This document shows positions 24,560 to 33,266 of a stretch of DNA of 64,000 bases, one piece after another. Every line of letters starts with the position of its first letter. The stretch's first letter is position 1. Source of the stretch: Escherichia phage A4; the sequence record ON286972, one strand, 5' to 3'. Position numbers and translations under genes: made by a program. The notes beneath the pieces are model-generated. The model searched no databases and had not been told where the DNA came from. It saw only the letters and a program-made list of their open reading frames with translations.

Positions 24560-24961
24560 ATGACCTTCTCAATCACTTCCTTCGCTGACGTTTTAGTACT
24601 GGCTCGGACTTTTGGTAAAGATGCACTGGAGTACGCTGTAAGTAATGGCACTATCCAACCGGAACAGTGCCGCATCATTGGAAACTGCAAACGTTGGGCG
24701 GTATCCAATACTATTGCACTGGAAAACTTCAACGATGGTAACAATGAGTATTCAGTTGATGCAGTATTCGAAGCCGTTGATCTTGGCGGTATCTATAACA
24801 CTAACCTAAATGATGTGCGTATCGTTCGCACGGGGTTCGGTGCTTATGATGTATCTATCCGTGAAGCTATGAACACCGGATACATTAGTAAGGACTTACT
24901 TGCTCACATCATGCAGCTATGGACGGAACGTAACGAAGCACGCACTATCTTAGGGCTGTAA
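24560..24961 (+). CDS. hypothetical protein
   Basis: ATG 24560 after TAAGGAG. Confidence 0.65.
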   Translation: MTFSITSFADVLVLARTFGKDALEYAVSNGTIQPEQCRIIGNCKRWAVSNTIALENFNDGNNEYSVDAVFEAVDLGGIYNTNLNDVRIVRTGFGAYDVSIREAMNTGYISKDLLAHIMQLWTERNEARTILGL

Positions 24962-25029
24962 GCAATACACATCACCAAACATCATAGGCCGCTCTCTAGC
25001 GGCCTTAACTATATCAGGAGTACACACAC

Positions 25030-25239
25030 ATGATCTATACAGTATACAGCGTTCTAGGTACTATTGCAGGCGTACACGATAACGTCGATGATGCTATGCG
25101 TACAGTACTGCAACAGGTTCCACTAAAGCCTAAGACTATTAAGCAGATGACAGCACGACTAACCAGGGCAAAGGCTGGCGGTGAAGTCTGGCAGGACTAC
25201 GCGGATACGCAGATTATCATTGCAGTAAGTAATGATTAA
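25030..25239 (+). CDS. hypothetical protein
   Basis: 69-aa ORF; SD CAGGAG. Confidence 0.65.
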   Translation: MIYTVYSVLGTIAGVHDNVDDAMRTVLQQVPLKPKTIKQMTARLTRAKAGGEVWQDYADTQIIIAVSND

Positions 25240-25278
25240 TGAATTAAATGATTCAGTACTAAAACTATTAGTCAGAAA

Positions 25279-25309
25279 ATAATTGAGTCAAAAAATAATT
25301 GACTCAATT
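25279..25309. promoter_or_regulatory. 11-bp perfect inverted repeat, operator-like
   Basis: TAATTGAGTCA-9 nt-TGACTCAATTA, about 130 bp upstream of a TATAAT at 25444-25449. Confidence 0.45.
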
Positions 25310-25479
25310 AAAAAATGAACCAATACCTTATAACCCCAGTGATAATAACGACCTGTTATTATAACTTAGGGCAACTAGGGGCGGGTAATTGCTTAGCTCG
25401 TGTGAAGGGGTTCGTGGGTGGGACAAAAATGTTTCGTATGCTATAATCATATCGAATATGAACATAGCTAGGAGACACT

Positions 25480-26298
25480 ATGCAGATTACCCGTTGTGGA
25501 AGAACCTTCCACTACATGGAGCCTAAAGATGTACAGATGATATACACTGTTCATAATAAGAAAACTCCAAACTTTTATATAAATGAAATTAAGAATAAAC
25601 ATAAAGATTTAAAAATATACGGTTATAACATAACATCATCTAATGAGTTCAACGGTAACAAAACACTTGTTCTTTATGAATTAAAAGGTGTATTACTTAC
25701 AGCTTCAGCAAATCAATTGATGAAGTCAAAGGATATATCAAGAATTCGTTACCGAGATGATGATATCGTTTACGTCACTAATTGTATATTGTTAAACGAA
25801 GGAAAAAATATTAGGTGTACTGGTTTTACACCAGGAAAACAAACTAAAAATACAACATATGGAAATCATGAATGTCATTTGGTGTGTGATGATTGTAATA
25901 GGGAATGGTCAAAACTTATTACAAATATTGTATCAGATGACAGAGAAACCTTTTGTTATTGTGCACAAAGAATATCTTTTAAGGGTAAATGTGCAGCTTA
26001 CTTTTATGTTAATAAATTCACTTATAATGGTGAAACTGTTTACAAATATGGAATAGCTCACAACACAATCAAAAGACGCACACTGTTCAAAAACAATAAT
26101 GGATTAGACTCTGAAGAAATCATAGCTGTACTGTTTGAAAACTCATTGGAAGCTGCTGATCTTGAAGACATGTTGAAGTATACTAATTTAATTAATCATA
26201 TGCGTCATGTTAAAATAAAAGATGGCTGTACTGAACTCACCGATGAAGCTGGACTAAAATTTATTATGGAAGAACTTACTTACATGGGTAAGCTTTAA
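25480..26298 (+). CDS. hypothetical protein with Cys/His cluster and possible GIY-YIG-like segment
   Basis: 272 aa; HECHLVCDDC...FCYC cluster; FYVNK...YKYGIAHNTIKRR loosely resembles GIY-(10-11)-YIG...R. Confidence 0.6.
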   Translation: MQITRCGRTFHYMEPKDVQMIYTVHNKKTPNFYINEIKNKHKDLKIYGYNITSSNEFNGNKTLVLYELKGVLLTASANQLMKSKDISRIRYRDDDIVYVTNCILLNEGKNIRCTGFTPGKQTKNTTYGNHECHLVCDDCNREWSKLITNIVSDDRETFCYCAQRISFKGKCAAYFYVNKFTYNGETVYKYGIAHNTIKRRTLFKNNNGLDSEEIIAVLFENSLEAADLEDMLKYTNLINHMRHVKIKDGCTELTDEAGLKFIMEELTYMGKL

Positions 26299-26301
26299 CA
26301 C

Positions 26302-26330
26302 TTGACATCATGCCTCGTATGGGGTATGAT
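26302..26330 (+). promoter_or_regulatory. sigma70-like promoter at head of family B array
   Basis: TTGACA 26302-26307, 17 bp, TATGAT 26325-26330. Confidence 0.6.
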
Positions 26331-26364
26331 GTTTTTTCATATATGAACCTATGGAATTTGCCCT

Positions 26365-26562
26365 ATGCGTATTTTAACACAAGAAGAGCATCACGAAAGA
26401 CTTATCAATAACATGGCTATGATAATGTATAAGTCTCATAAACGTGGTAATGCCTATAAACGTGAATTAGTTATGGAACTATTCTTAGGAACTAACTTAC
26501 AAAATGAATATGTTAAACTATATGTAAAAGAGTTATGTTTAGAGATAAATGGTAAACTATGA
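26365..26562 (+). CDS. hypothetical small protein, paralog family B
   Basis: motif FLGTNLQNEY. Confidence 0.65.
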   Translation: MRILTQEEHHERLINNMAMIMYKSHKRGNAYKRELVMELFLGTNLQNEYVKLYVKELCLEINGKL

Positions 26563-26759
26563 AAATGCGTACATTAACCCAAGATGAATATCATCATATA
26601 CTACGTAAAAACACGGCAAGGATTTACCAAAGCAATGTGCATTTAGAAAGAGTTGAGTTGTACCTGTTGATTACGATGGGAACCAACTATCAGGAAGTGT
26701 GGGTAACTCACTATTTGGAATCTTTGAAAGCTGACATACGAGCGAGGTGCAAACATTGA
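26559..26759 (+). CDS. hypothetical small protein, family B
   Basis: ATGA overlap; motif TMGTNYQEVW. Confidence 0.65.
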   Translation: MKMRTLTQDEYHHILRKNTARIYQSNVHLERVELYLLITMGTNYQEVWVTHYLESLKADIRARCKH

Positions 26760-26965
26760 AAATCATAACACAGACACAAGCATTTGGTCGTATATTGAAA
26801 TACCTTGATGACATGATAGATATACATAGTGACCTCCCTAAAACTGTAATCTACGCCAAAAGAGCAGAATATCGCATGATGGCTGTACTGAACACAAACT
26901 TTCAGGAAGAGTATGTAAATGATTGGATTGGATTTTTAATTGAAGATATAAAGAGTAAACTATGA
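26756..26965 (+). CDS. hypothetical small protein, family B
   Basis: Probable TTG start (GTG at 26747 possible); motif VLNTNFQEEY. Confidence 0.5.
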   Translation: MKIITQTQAFGRILKYLDDMIDIHSDLPKTVIYAKRAEYRMMAVLNTNFQEEYVNDWIGFLIEDIKSKL

Positions 26966-27174
26966 TTATATTAACACCAGAGCAATATAGGAAACGTTAC
27001 AATTCTAAGCAGATTGAAATCTTGCTGATATATGCAGACAGGGATGATGTATACTTATCAAAAGTTATGGAAAAAGAATTACTTATGGGTGTCTTCTTAG
27101 GAACTGACCACCAGAAATCTTATGTCCAAGAGTATCTAATAGCTCTTGAGAAATACATCAGGAGTAAACTATGA
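26962..27174 (+). CDS. hypothetical small protein, family B
   Basis: ATGA overlap; motif FLGTDHQKSY. Confidence 0.65.
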   Translation: MIILTPEQYRKRYNSKQIEILLIYADRDDVYLSKVMEKELLMGVFLGTDHQKSYVQEYLIALEKYIRSKL

Positions 27175-27395
27175 ACTGCATTAATAACTTTGAATACGAG
27201 GCTCGCTCAAGGTGTGCATCTCAAAAAGAGAACCACATTTACTTCACTATGATGTACTTATCTTGGAATGAAATTGAAGAAATGGTTGCTGAAGTATGGC
27301 TGTTTGAATTCATGGGGACGCAGTATCAGAATAGGTTTGTGGGTGAGTATCTTAATGTTCTTATGAAACATATAGAAAGAAAGGGAATGAACTAA
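27171..27395 (+). CDS. hypothetical small protein, family B
   Basis: ATGA overlap; motif FMGTQYQNRF. Confidence 0.65.
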   Translation: MNCINNFEYEARSRCASQKENHIYFTMMYLSWNEIEEMVAEVWLFEFMGTQYQNRFVGEYLNVLMKHIERKGMN

Positions 27396-27646
27396 TGAAA
27401 GTATTATCAAGCACTGAGTATCAATCTGCCCTATTCTCTTTACTAAACACCCTTCGCAAGAACAATGAACTTTATCCTTCCCCTGAGAATGATGTAGTTA
27501 ATGGTGACGTGTTTCTTCTTAAATTCATTGGAACTAATAAACAAGATACCTTTACTGATCGTTATATCAATGCACTAAGAAACCTTGTAGCGTATAAAAC
27601 CCGCCAGGCCAAAAGAGAATGGAAGAGACAATGCGATCCAGAATAA
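27395..27646 (+). CDS. hypothetical small protein, family B
   Basis: motif FIGTNKQDTF. Confidence 0.65.
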   Translation: MKVLSSTEYQSALFSLLNTLRKNNELYPSPENDVVNGDVFLLKFIGTNKQDTFTDRYINALRNLVAYKTRQAKREWKRQCDPE

Positions 27647-27879
27647 ATCACATTATGTACGTTAAACTATTTCAGAAACTAATCCACAAACACTATGATA
27701 CAGTATCTGATAAACTCACTAATGATATCAGCAGACTTATACACTGTGAAGCAGAGATGCTTGTACTGATGACGGGAGACGATACACAAACAATCTCTAA
27801 GGCAATAGAGAACTATCTGGAAGCATATCAACAACATATAAGAACGGAAGTCTGGAGACGAGAGAATGAAAATCCTTAG
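27631..27879 (+). CDS. hypothetical small protein, divergent family B member
   Basis: ATG 27631 after GGAAGAG; motif degraded to LMTGDDTQ. Confidence 0.5.
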   Translation: MRSRINHIMYVKLFQKLIHKHYDTVSDKLTNDISRLIHCEAEMLVLMTGDDTQTISKAIENYLEAYQQHIRTEVWRRENENP

Positions 27880-28081
27880 TGGGTATGAATATTACAGTCT
27901 GTTGCGAACTATACAAGCAAAAGTTTCTAGTATTTCTTTAGACAAATCTATTGCACAAGTGGACAAATGTGTTATAATAACTGAAATGAAGCTATCTATC
28001 TTCATTGGGACAAACTATCAAAGCATCTACACTGACGCATGGTTAGCAAGTCTACGTAACAAGGTGATATCCAGAGAATGA
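27866..28081 (+). CDS. hypothetical small protein, family B
   Basis: motif FIGTNYQSIY. Confidence 0.65.
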   Translation: MKILSGYEYYSLLRTIQAKVSSISLDKSIAQVDKCVIITEMKLSIFIGTNYQSIYTDAWLASLRNKVISRE

Positions 28082-28296
28082 AAAAATTACAAGGTTTTGA
28101 ATATATTAAGCTTCTTCAAACCTGTGAAATCCAAAGAAGAAAGATTCAAAAGGCTAAAAGAATTACCGCAGAACGAAAGTTTACACTGATAACTGAAGTC
28201 TATGTATTAAAACTCTTAGGCACAAACCATCAACACAAGTATGTAGACCTATGGATTGATGCACTCCAGAAAGAGGTTAAAAGTAAATGCAAATGA
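28078..28296 (+). CDS. hypothetical small protein, family B
   Basis: ATGA overlap; motif LLGTNHQHKY. Confidence 0.65.
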   Translation: MKKLQGFEYIKLLQTCEIQRRKIQKAKRITAERKFTLITEVYVLKLLGTNHQHKYVDLWIDALQKEVKSKCK

Positions 28297-28511
28297 TTAA
28301 TTTAAGTAAAGATGAATATTATGTACGTCTTGCAAAAACTTATTCATTACGCAAGGCCATTTATGAAAGTCACATTATTGAACAATCAAATAAGTGGATT
28401 GTAGTAAATGAGATCAAGATGCTTTCAGTCTTAGGAACAAACTATCAAGCGAGTGCTGTACTGAAGGTCATTAATGCACTTCAAAATGAGGTCCAAAGTA
28501 AATGCAAATGA
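28293..28511 (+). CDS. hypothetical small protein, family B
   Basis: ATGA overlap (alternative ATG 28287); motif VLGTNYQASA. Confidence 0.6.
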   Translation: MINLSKDEYYVRLAKTYSLRKAIYESHIIEQSNKWIVVNEIKMLSVLGTNYQASAVLKVINALQNEVQSKCK

Positions 28512-28765
28512 TTAATTTAAGTAAAGATGAATATAACGAGCGACTAGCAAAAATCTCACCTAAACGTAATGCAATCTATCACAGCCAAGAAATTCAACAC
28601 AGTAAGAAGATGATTATGTTTCGTGAGTTAAAGATGGGTGTCTTCTTAGGAACAAACTATCAAGAGACAGAAGTAAATCGCGTCATAACCGAGTTACTCA
28701 TGGAAATCAGAGGTAAGCTGTACTTTCATCAAATGACCCAACCACTGAGGTGTAATGAGAAATGA
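28508..28765 (+). CDS. hypothetical small protein, family B
   Basis: Start junction identical to that of gene 28293 (recent duplication); motif FLGTNYQETE. Confidence 0.6.
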   Translation: MINLSKDEYNERLAKISPKRNAIYHSQEIQHSKKMIMFRELKMGVFLGTNYQETEVNRVITELLMEIRGKLYFHQMTQPLRCNEK

Positions 28766-28998
28766 ATAAAATTAATAACATCAACTTAGCAGAAAGATTT
28801 GATAGAATTGGGGAAGCTCTGAGAAGATACGATAAAGCATATGGTCATTTAAGCTTTACCATAGAAACGAGATATGCCCTTGAAGAAGAGTTTAAAATGC
28901 ATAGTCTCTTAGGCACACAGTATCAAAAACAATATGTTCAAAAATGGATTGAATGTTTAATCCAAACAATTCATGTGAGGAACATAAAATGCAAATGA
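28762..28998 (+). CDS. hypothetical small protein, family B
   Basis: ATGA overlap; motif LLGTQYQKQY. Confidence 0.65.
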   Translation: MNKINNINLAERFDRIGEALRRYDKAYGHLSFTIETRYALEEEFKMHSLLGTQYQKQYVQKWIECLIQTIHVRNIKCK

Positions 28999-29243
28999 TA
29001 TACTTAACAGACGATGAAATAAAAGAAAGAATAATTAAATCCAGAAAACATACAAATCAACTTCCAAAAGACCCAAACCAAACCCCTGCTGCAAGGAGTG
29101 CAGAAGTATTATATCAACAACTCCTGTACTTTCTTGGAACTGATAGACAGGATTATTATGTTCGATCGATTCTTAGATATCTTAAAATGACTATTCAGGA
29201 AAAGATACATGACCAAATATATAAAAATCTTAACAGTCAATGA
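28995..29243 (+). CDS. hypothetical small protein, family B
   Basis: ATGA overlap (alternative ATG 28989); motif FLGTDRQDYY. Confidence 0.6.
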   Translation: MIYLTDDEIKERIIKSRKHTNQLPKDPNQTPAARSAEVLYQQLLYFLGTDRQDYYVRSILRYLKMTIQEKIHDQIYKNLNSQ

Positions 29244-29460
29244 ATATCATAAGATTATCATGAAGACTAATAGTGCAATTTCTAAAAAATCAAACCCCAA
29301 GTACATTCTGGAACACACATTTGAAGAACGACAATTAGCTTTAGTTGAAGCAAAACTTCTTGCACTATTAGGGACTAACTATCAAGACGAGTACGTAAGA
29401 AAACTAATATACCTTTTAACTAAACACATCAGGAAAAGAAATGCTGCACTTGACAAATGA
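29209..29460 (+). CDS. hypothetical small protein, family B
   Basis: motif LLGTNYQDEY. Confidence 0.6.
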   Translation: MTKYIKILTVNEYHKIIMKTNSAISKKSNPKYILEHTFEERQLALVEAKLLALLGTNYQDEYVRKLIYLLTKHIRKRNAALDK

Positions 29461-29671
29461 CGAATACGGTGTTATCATCCTTGATGTTATCAATAAAGAA
29501 TACCATAGGAAACAACGATACGCTTGTTATGAAGATAAACAGCTTTCTATAGCTGAACAACAATTAGTTCATTTATTAGGAACAAACTATCAAGAACAAT
29601 GCACTGAACGTTACCTGTACCTACTGTCGAGGAAAGCAAAAAGAGATTATGAAAATTTTAAACGAAGGTGA
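29441..29671 (+). CDS. hypothetical small protein, family B
   Basis: motif LLGTNYQEQC. Confidence 0.6.
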   Translation: MLHLTNDEYGVIILDVINKEYHRKQRYACYEDKQLSIAEQQLVHLLGTNYQEQCTERYLYLLSRKAKRDYENFKRR

Positions 29672-29864
29672 TGAAGTAATATTACTTATAGAGAATTCAA
29701 GTAAATTCTTAAACATATCACTGTCTGATATAGATGAAGATGACAAAGAAGTACTGAGAGCAGATTTAAGAGTACTGTTACATCTCGGAACAAACCTACA
29801 AGAACAATTTGTTGAGGACTACATCGATGAACTTAAAGAATCAGTACTGAGAAGATGTAAATGA
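29649..29864 (+). CDS. hypothetical small protein, family B
   Basis: motif HLGTNLQEQF. Confidence 0.6.
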   Translation: MKILNEGDEVILLIENSSKFLNISLSDIDEDDKEVLRADLRVLLHLGTNLQEQFVEDYIDELKESVLRRCK

Positions 29865-30103
29865 AAATGAAAATCCTTTCAAGCACAGAATACAACCAAC
29901 TATTAAGTAGTTTAATTCCAAAGTTGCATCGTAGCTGGTCAGCAGAATTATCACAGGATGAAAAAAATATTCTAATAAGTGAAATCTATGTTCTAGCTAC
30001 TATAGGAACTAACTATCAAGAACACATCATAGTGGATTATATTAATACACTCAAAAGGGTAATACAATTAAAATGCACAGACAGCACATACACAAACCCC
30101 TAG
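29861..30103 (+). CDS. hypothetical small protein, family B
   Basis: ATGA overlap; motif TIGTNYQEHI. Confidence 0.65.
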   Translation: MKMKILSSTEYNQLLSSLIPKLHRSWSAELSQDEKNILISEIYVLATIGTNYQEHIIVDYINTLKRVIQLKCTDSTYTNP

Positions 30104-30303
30104 GAACAGCAGAATACATTGAACTAATGGCAGCAAACTTCTCATCCTTTCAGAAACTGAGGCAAGAATCAAATAATGATTTAGAATATCATATCAAAAG
30201 TTCAGATTTAAGATTGTTACTCACTCTAGGAACAGACAGTCAGTACAAATTCGTACAGGAGCATATTAGAGCACTTTTAAATGGCATCAGGAATAAACTA
30301 TGA
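30073..30303 (+). CDS. hypothetical small protein, family B
   Basis: motif TLGTDSQYKF. Confidence 0.6.
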   Translation: MHRQHIHKPLGTAEYIELMAANFSSFQKLRQESNNDLEYHIKSSDLRLLLTLGTDSQYKFVQEHIRALLNGIRNKL

Positions 30304-30515
30304 AGGAAATATCAAACCAAGAGTACTTAGAACTATTCAGAAAAAATAAGAACGAATATATGGCACTTGATACAAGAACTGATATAGGGGAACTTGAAAA
30401 AAATCTTTTGCGTTCAGAGATGATAGTACTGACACTCTTAGGAACACAGCACCAAGAGAGAACTGTTAATTCACACATAGAAATACTTAAGAAGCTTATA
30501 CAGGAAAAGATATGA
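30300..30515 (+). CDS. hypothetical small protein, family B
   Basis: ATGA overlap; motif LLGTQHQERT. Confidence 0.65.
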   Translation: MKEISNQEYLELFRKNKNEYMALDTRTDIGELEKNLLRSEMIVLTLLGTQHQERTVNSHIEILKKLIQEKI

Positions 30516-30733
30516 GAATCATAACACAACAAGATATTCTTAAGTTCACAAGGGTTCATGCATCTGAATTTGATGCTATATTATCAAAAAGTTACAACAA
30601 CCCTTATACAGAAGATGTACACTACAGTGAATTATGGGTGTATATACTTTTAGGTACAGATCATCAAGAGCAAGCAGTACAGAAGTATTTGTTAGCTTTA
30701 CGTGATGCTACTGCTAATGGAGTAGGTGTTTAA
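30512..30733 (+). CDS. hypothetical small protein, family B
   Basis: ATGA overlap; motif LLGTDHQEQA. Confidence 0.65.
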   Translation: MRIITQQDILKFTRVHASEFDAILSKSYNNPYTEDVHYSELWVYILLGTDHQEQAVQKYLLALRDATANGVGV

Positions 30734-30735
30734 AA

Positions 30736-31077
30736 ATGAAAACTAATATTCAACTCAAGGTATACATATCGTATGAAAATATATACATCAAAAGTAGTCT
30801 ATGTAAAGATGTAATGGACTACAAAGGTAAGCCATTCACAGTTACTTACAGTTCTACAGGAGGTTTATATATATCTTTTGCTAATTACGAAAATAATATG
30901 TACGAACACATTGACATTGAAGATTTAAGTACTTTATCAGAAGAGGAATACTTTCAGGAATCATTAGTCTGGGATTTAGAGTTTCCTATGCCATTAGTAC
31001 ATAAAATGATAGTACTAATAAAAGAAACTAAACAGGAGCCTCGTGATAATTATGAAGAACACATTATTGAGTATTAA
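30736..31077 (+). CDS. hypothetical acidic protein, paralog family C
   Basis: motif EEEYFQESLVWD. Confidence 0.65.
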   Translation: MKTNIQLKVYISYENIYIKSSLCKDVMDYKGKPFTVTYSSTGGLYISFANYENNMYEHIDIEDLSTLSEEEYFQESLVWDLEFPMPLVHKMIVLIKETKQEPRDNYEEHIIEY

Positions 31078-31089
31078 GAGTACTGAACC

Positions 31090-31320
31090 ATGAAAAGATT
31101 ATCATTCGAAGAGTACTGCAAGCTTATTAATACTTTACAACCACAAATACAACAAATAAATTCTCTTCCTATACCCCAAGAAGAACGTGCAGTACTGAAA
31201 GATGAGTTAATTTTAAAATGCACAGTAGGTACTAACTATCAAGCTGATAGTGTTCGTTATCTAATTTGGGGTTTAATGTGCATAATAGAGAACAAAGCAG
31301 TTGACAGTACTCTAATGTAG
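31090..31320 (+). CDS. hypothetical small protein, family B
   Basis: motif TVGTNYQADS. Confidence 0.65.
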   Translation: MKRLSFEEYCKLINTLQPQIQQINSLPIPQEERAVLKDELILKCTVGTNYQADSVRYLIWGLMCIIENKAVDSTLM

Positions 31321-31359
31321 TGCTATAGTACTTCTACGTTCTAATATAGGGTACAGATT

Positions 31360-31605
31360 ATGTTAAAATTTTTAAATTTCCTTATCGTCTTGTGTATTGT
31401 TCTTGGGATTGCACCGTTTGTATTAGCGTATCTGGATTCAGATGAAATGCACAAGATGAATTGCACAAAGACAGGACAGAGTAGAAAAGAGACGGTTATG
31501 ATGCCCGTAACGGTTATTGTGAATAATATGCCGATTACGAACATGATTCCTACCCTAACGACAACGTATCAGTACTCTTGCGATGACGGAGAGAGGTGGA
31601 GATGA
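31360..31605 (+). CDS. small predicted membrane protein
   Basis: N-term LKFLNFLIVLCIVLGIAPFVLAYL hydrophobic helix; 81 aa. Confidence 0.55.
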   Translation: MLKFLNFLIVLCIVLGIAPFVLAYLDSDEMHKMNCTKTGQSRKETVMMPVTVIVNNMPITNMIPTLTTTYQYSCDDGERWR

Positions 31606-31931
31606 CACGTAAATTCAATTGTATTGTCAGAGATAAAATCTGTTTCATTGCGTTGTCCAATTTCCAGAGCAATTCTGGGGTTAAGGTATTTGAGTACAAT
31701 AAAGTTGATAATTGTTTCTATTGGGTAGACGGTGTAAAATCCACAGGAAACAAGATTGCAGTACCGAATCTAGTTGATATCTCTGAAGAAGAAGAGTTTC
31801 AGTACAGTTTAGTACATGATGATTCTTTTGGATTTACGTTCAATGAAATGAAGGAAGTACAAAGGCAGATGATATCGTATAGTAATCTTCCAAAGCATTT
31901 CATACAAGATGTGCATAGAATTGTAATATAG
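31596..31931 (+). CDS. hypothetical acidic protein, family C
   Basis: motif EEEEFQYSLVHD. Confidence 0.65.
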   Translation: MEMTRKFNCIVRDKICFIALSNFQSNSGVKVFEYNKVDNCFYWVDGVKSTGNKIAVPNLVDISEEEEFQYSLVHDDSFGFTFNEMKEVQRQMISYSNLPKHFIQDVHRIVI

Positions 31932-31938
31932 GGGATAT

Positions 31939-32274
31939 ATGAAATTCAACATTCACCGAATTAATTCCGGTTGTATATTTGCTTATACGCATGAGAATTA
32001 CAAGAAGTACATGAATCATGAAGTACATTATGTTTTCGAGGACGGTAAAGAATATTTTGCTTATTTGAGTCCCAGGAGTTTAGGTAAGTACGAGTTGCTT
32101 CAGGATCTTTCTCTTATGCAGGAAGATGAATTATTTCAGTACAGTCTAATTCATGACCCTTATATGTTTGATATAGATATTATGTGCAGTTTACAGAAGA
32201 GGATGAAAGAAGTTTGGGATTCGATTAAAAGAGGTGATTGTATAGAATATGATAGTATACAAGAAGATGCCTAA
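31939..32274 (+). CDS. hypothetical acidic protein, family C
   Basis: motif EDELFQYSLIHD. Confidence 0.65.
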   Translation: MKFNIHRINSGCIFAYTHENYKKYMNHEVHYVFEDGKEYFAYLSPRSLGKYELLQDLSLMQEDELFQYSLIHDPYMFDIDIMCSLQKRMKEVWDSIKRGDCIEYDSIQEDA

Positions 32275-32467
32275 CGGATATGAATTGAAGTACAGACATT
32301 TTATTCGAAATGTAGAATCAGATCCTTTTAATGTTAAAATGGCAGAGTTCGATTTATTATTTTATCTAGGAACGAGAGCACAGCCACAATTCGTTGATGC
32401 ATACATAAGGGCTTTACGAACAGAGATAGTATGCACACCAAAGGAGTCTAAATGTACAAAAATGTAA
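32249..32467 (+). CDS. hypothetical small protein, family B
   Basis: motif YLGTRAQPQF. Confidence 0.6.
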   Translation: MIVYKKMPNGYELKYRHFIRNVESDPFNVKMAEFDLLFYLGTRAQPQFVDAYIRALRTEIVCTPKESKCTKM

Positions 32468-32709
32468 ACCATCATTTGTACGCATCAAAGTACAGGGATT
32501 TTTGTTTACAAGGGGGCGATGAAGATTTTGCTTTGCGATTATCGGAATTTAATATGTTATTTTATCTTGGTACATCAGTACAAGAAGAAATGGTACAGAA
32601 ATTTATCAAGCACCTTGAACGAAAAATTCATACGCAAATTTTGGTTGTTAAGTTACAGAATGAGATAAATGAATACAATGCAGAATCTAACAGTAGTACA
32701 GGATCTTAG
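32452..32709 (+). CDS. hypothetical small protein, family B
   Basis: motif YLGTSVQEEM. Confidence 0.6.
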   Translation: MYKNVNHHLYASKYRDFCLQGGDEDFALRLSEFNMLFYLGTSVQEEMVQKFIKHLERKIHTQILVVKLQNEINEYNAESNSSTGS

Positions 32710-33070
32710 ACCAGTAATAATGATGTTAAATGCAAGACGAGATTTATGGCACGAAATGCATAACAACAAGGATTCATTTGCACAAATCAATTTAGTCTTT
32801 CAGGAGTTAATCCAGAGTGCATTGGATGTTATAGTACCAAAATACAAAGATGGTATATTCTGTGTAAAGAATGCAGTTCGTCCTCATGCAATTCCAAGGA
32901 AAATTAAGTTAGCCAGATTAACATTTGACGAGAGGGATTTCTTCAGTTATAATCCCAGTACAGCTTTATATTTTATTCCTGATTCAGACAAATATCATCC
33001 TATCCATTACGGATGGATTATGTCGTATGTAGTGAATGAAACGGAATACCCTATTAAATGGGAAAGATGA
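32669..33070 (+). CDS. hypothetical protein
   Basis: 133-aa ORF; only weak LVFQELIQS resemblance to family C. Confidence 0.5.
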   Translation: MNTMQNLTVVQDLRPVIMMLNARRDLWHEMHNNKDSFAQINLVFQELIQSALDVIVPKYKDGIFCVKNAVRPHAIPRKIKLARLTFDERDFFSYNPSTALYFIPDSDKYHPIHYGWIMSYVVNETEYPIKWER

Positions 33071-33255
33071 TGATAGATGCAAAGACATTAAATGCATTAA
33101 ATGCATTACAGGATTCATTATTAGATAGTATTAAGCTGTATTACAATATGCATTTGAGGGGTGGTATCAATGATTACAATTATTATTTGAGTGTAATTAT
33201 ATTTGAGCATCTTTCAGTACAGGATAGAATTTTACACAAGTACAAACATTATTGA
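33067..33255 (+). CDS. hypothetical small protein
   Basis: ATGA overlap; 62 aa. Confidence 0.5.
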   Translation: MMIDAKTLNALNALQDSLLDSIKLYYNMHLRGGINDYNYYLSVIIFEHLSVQDRILHKYKHY

Positions 33256-33266
33256 GGAAACAAAAT

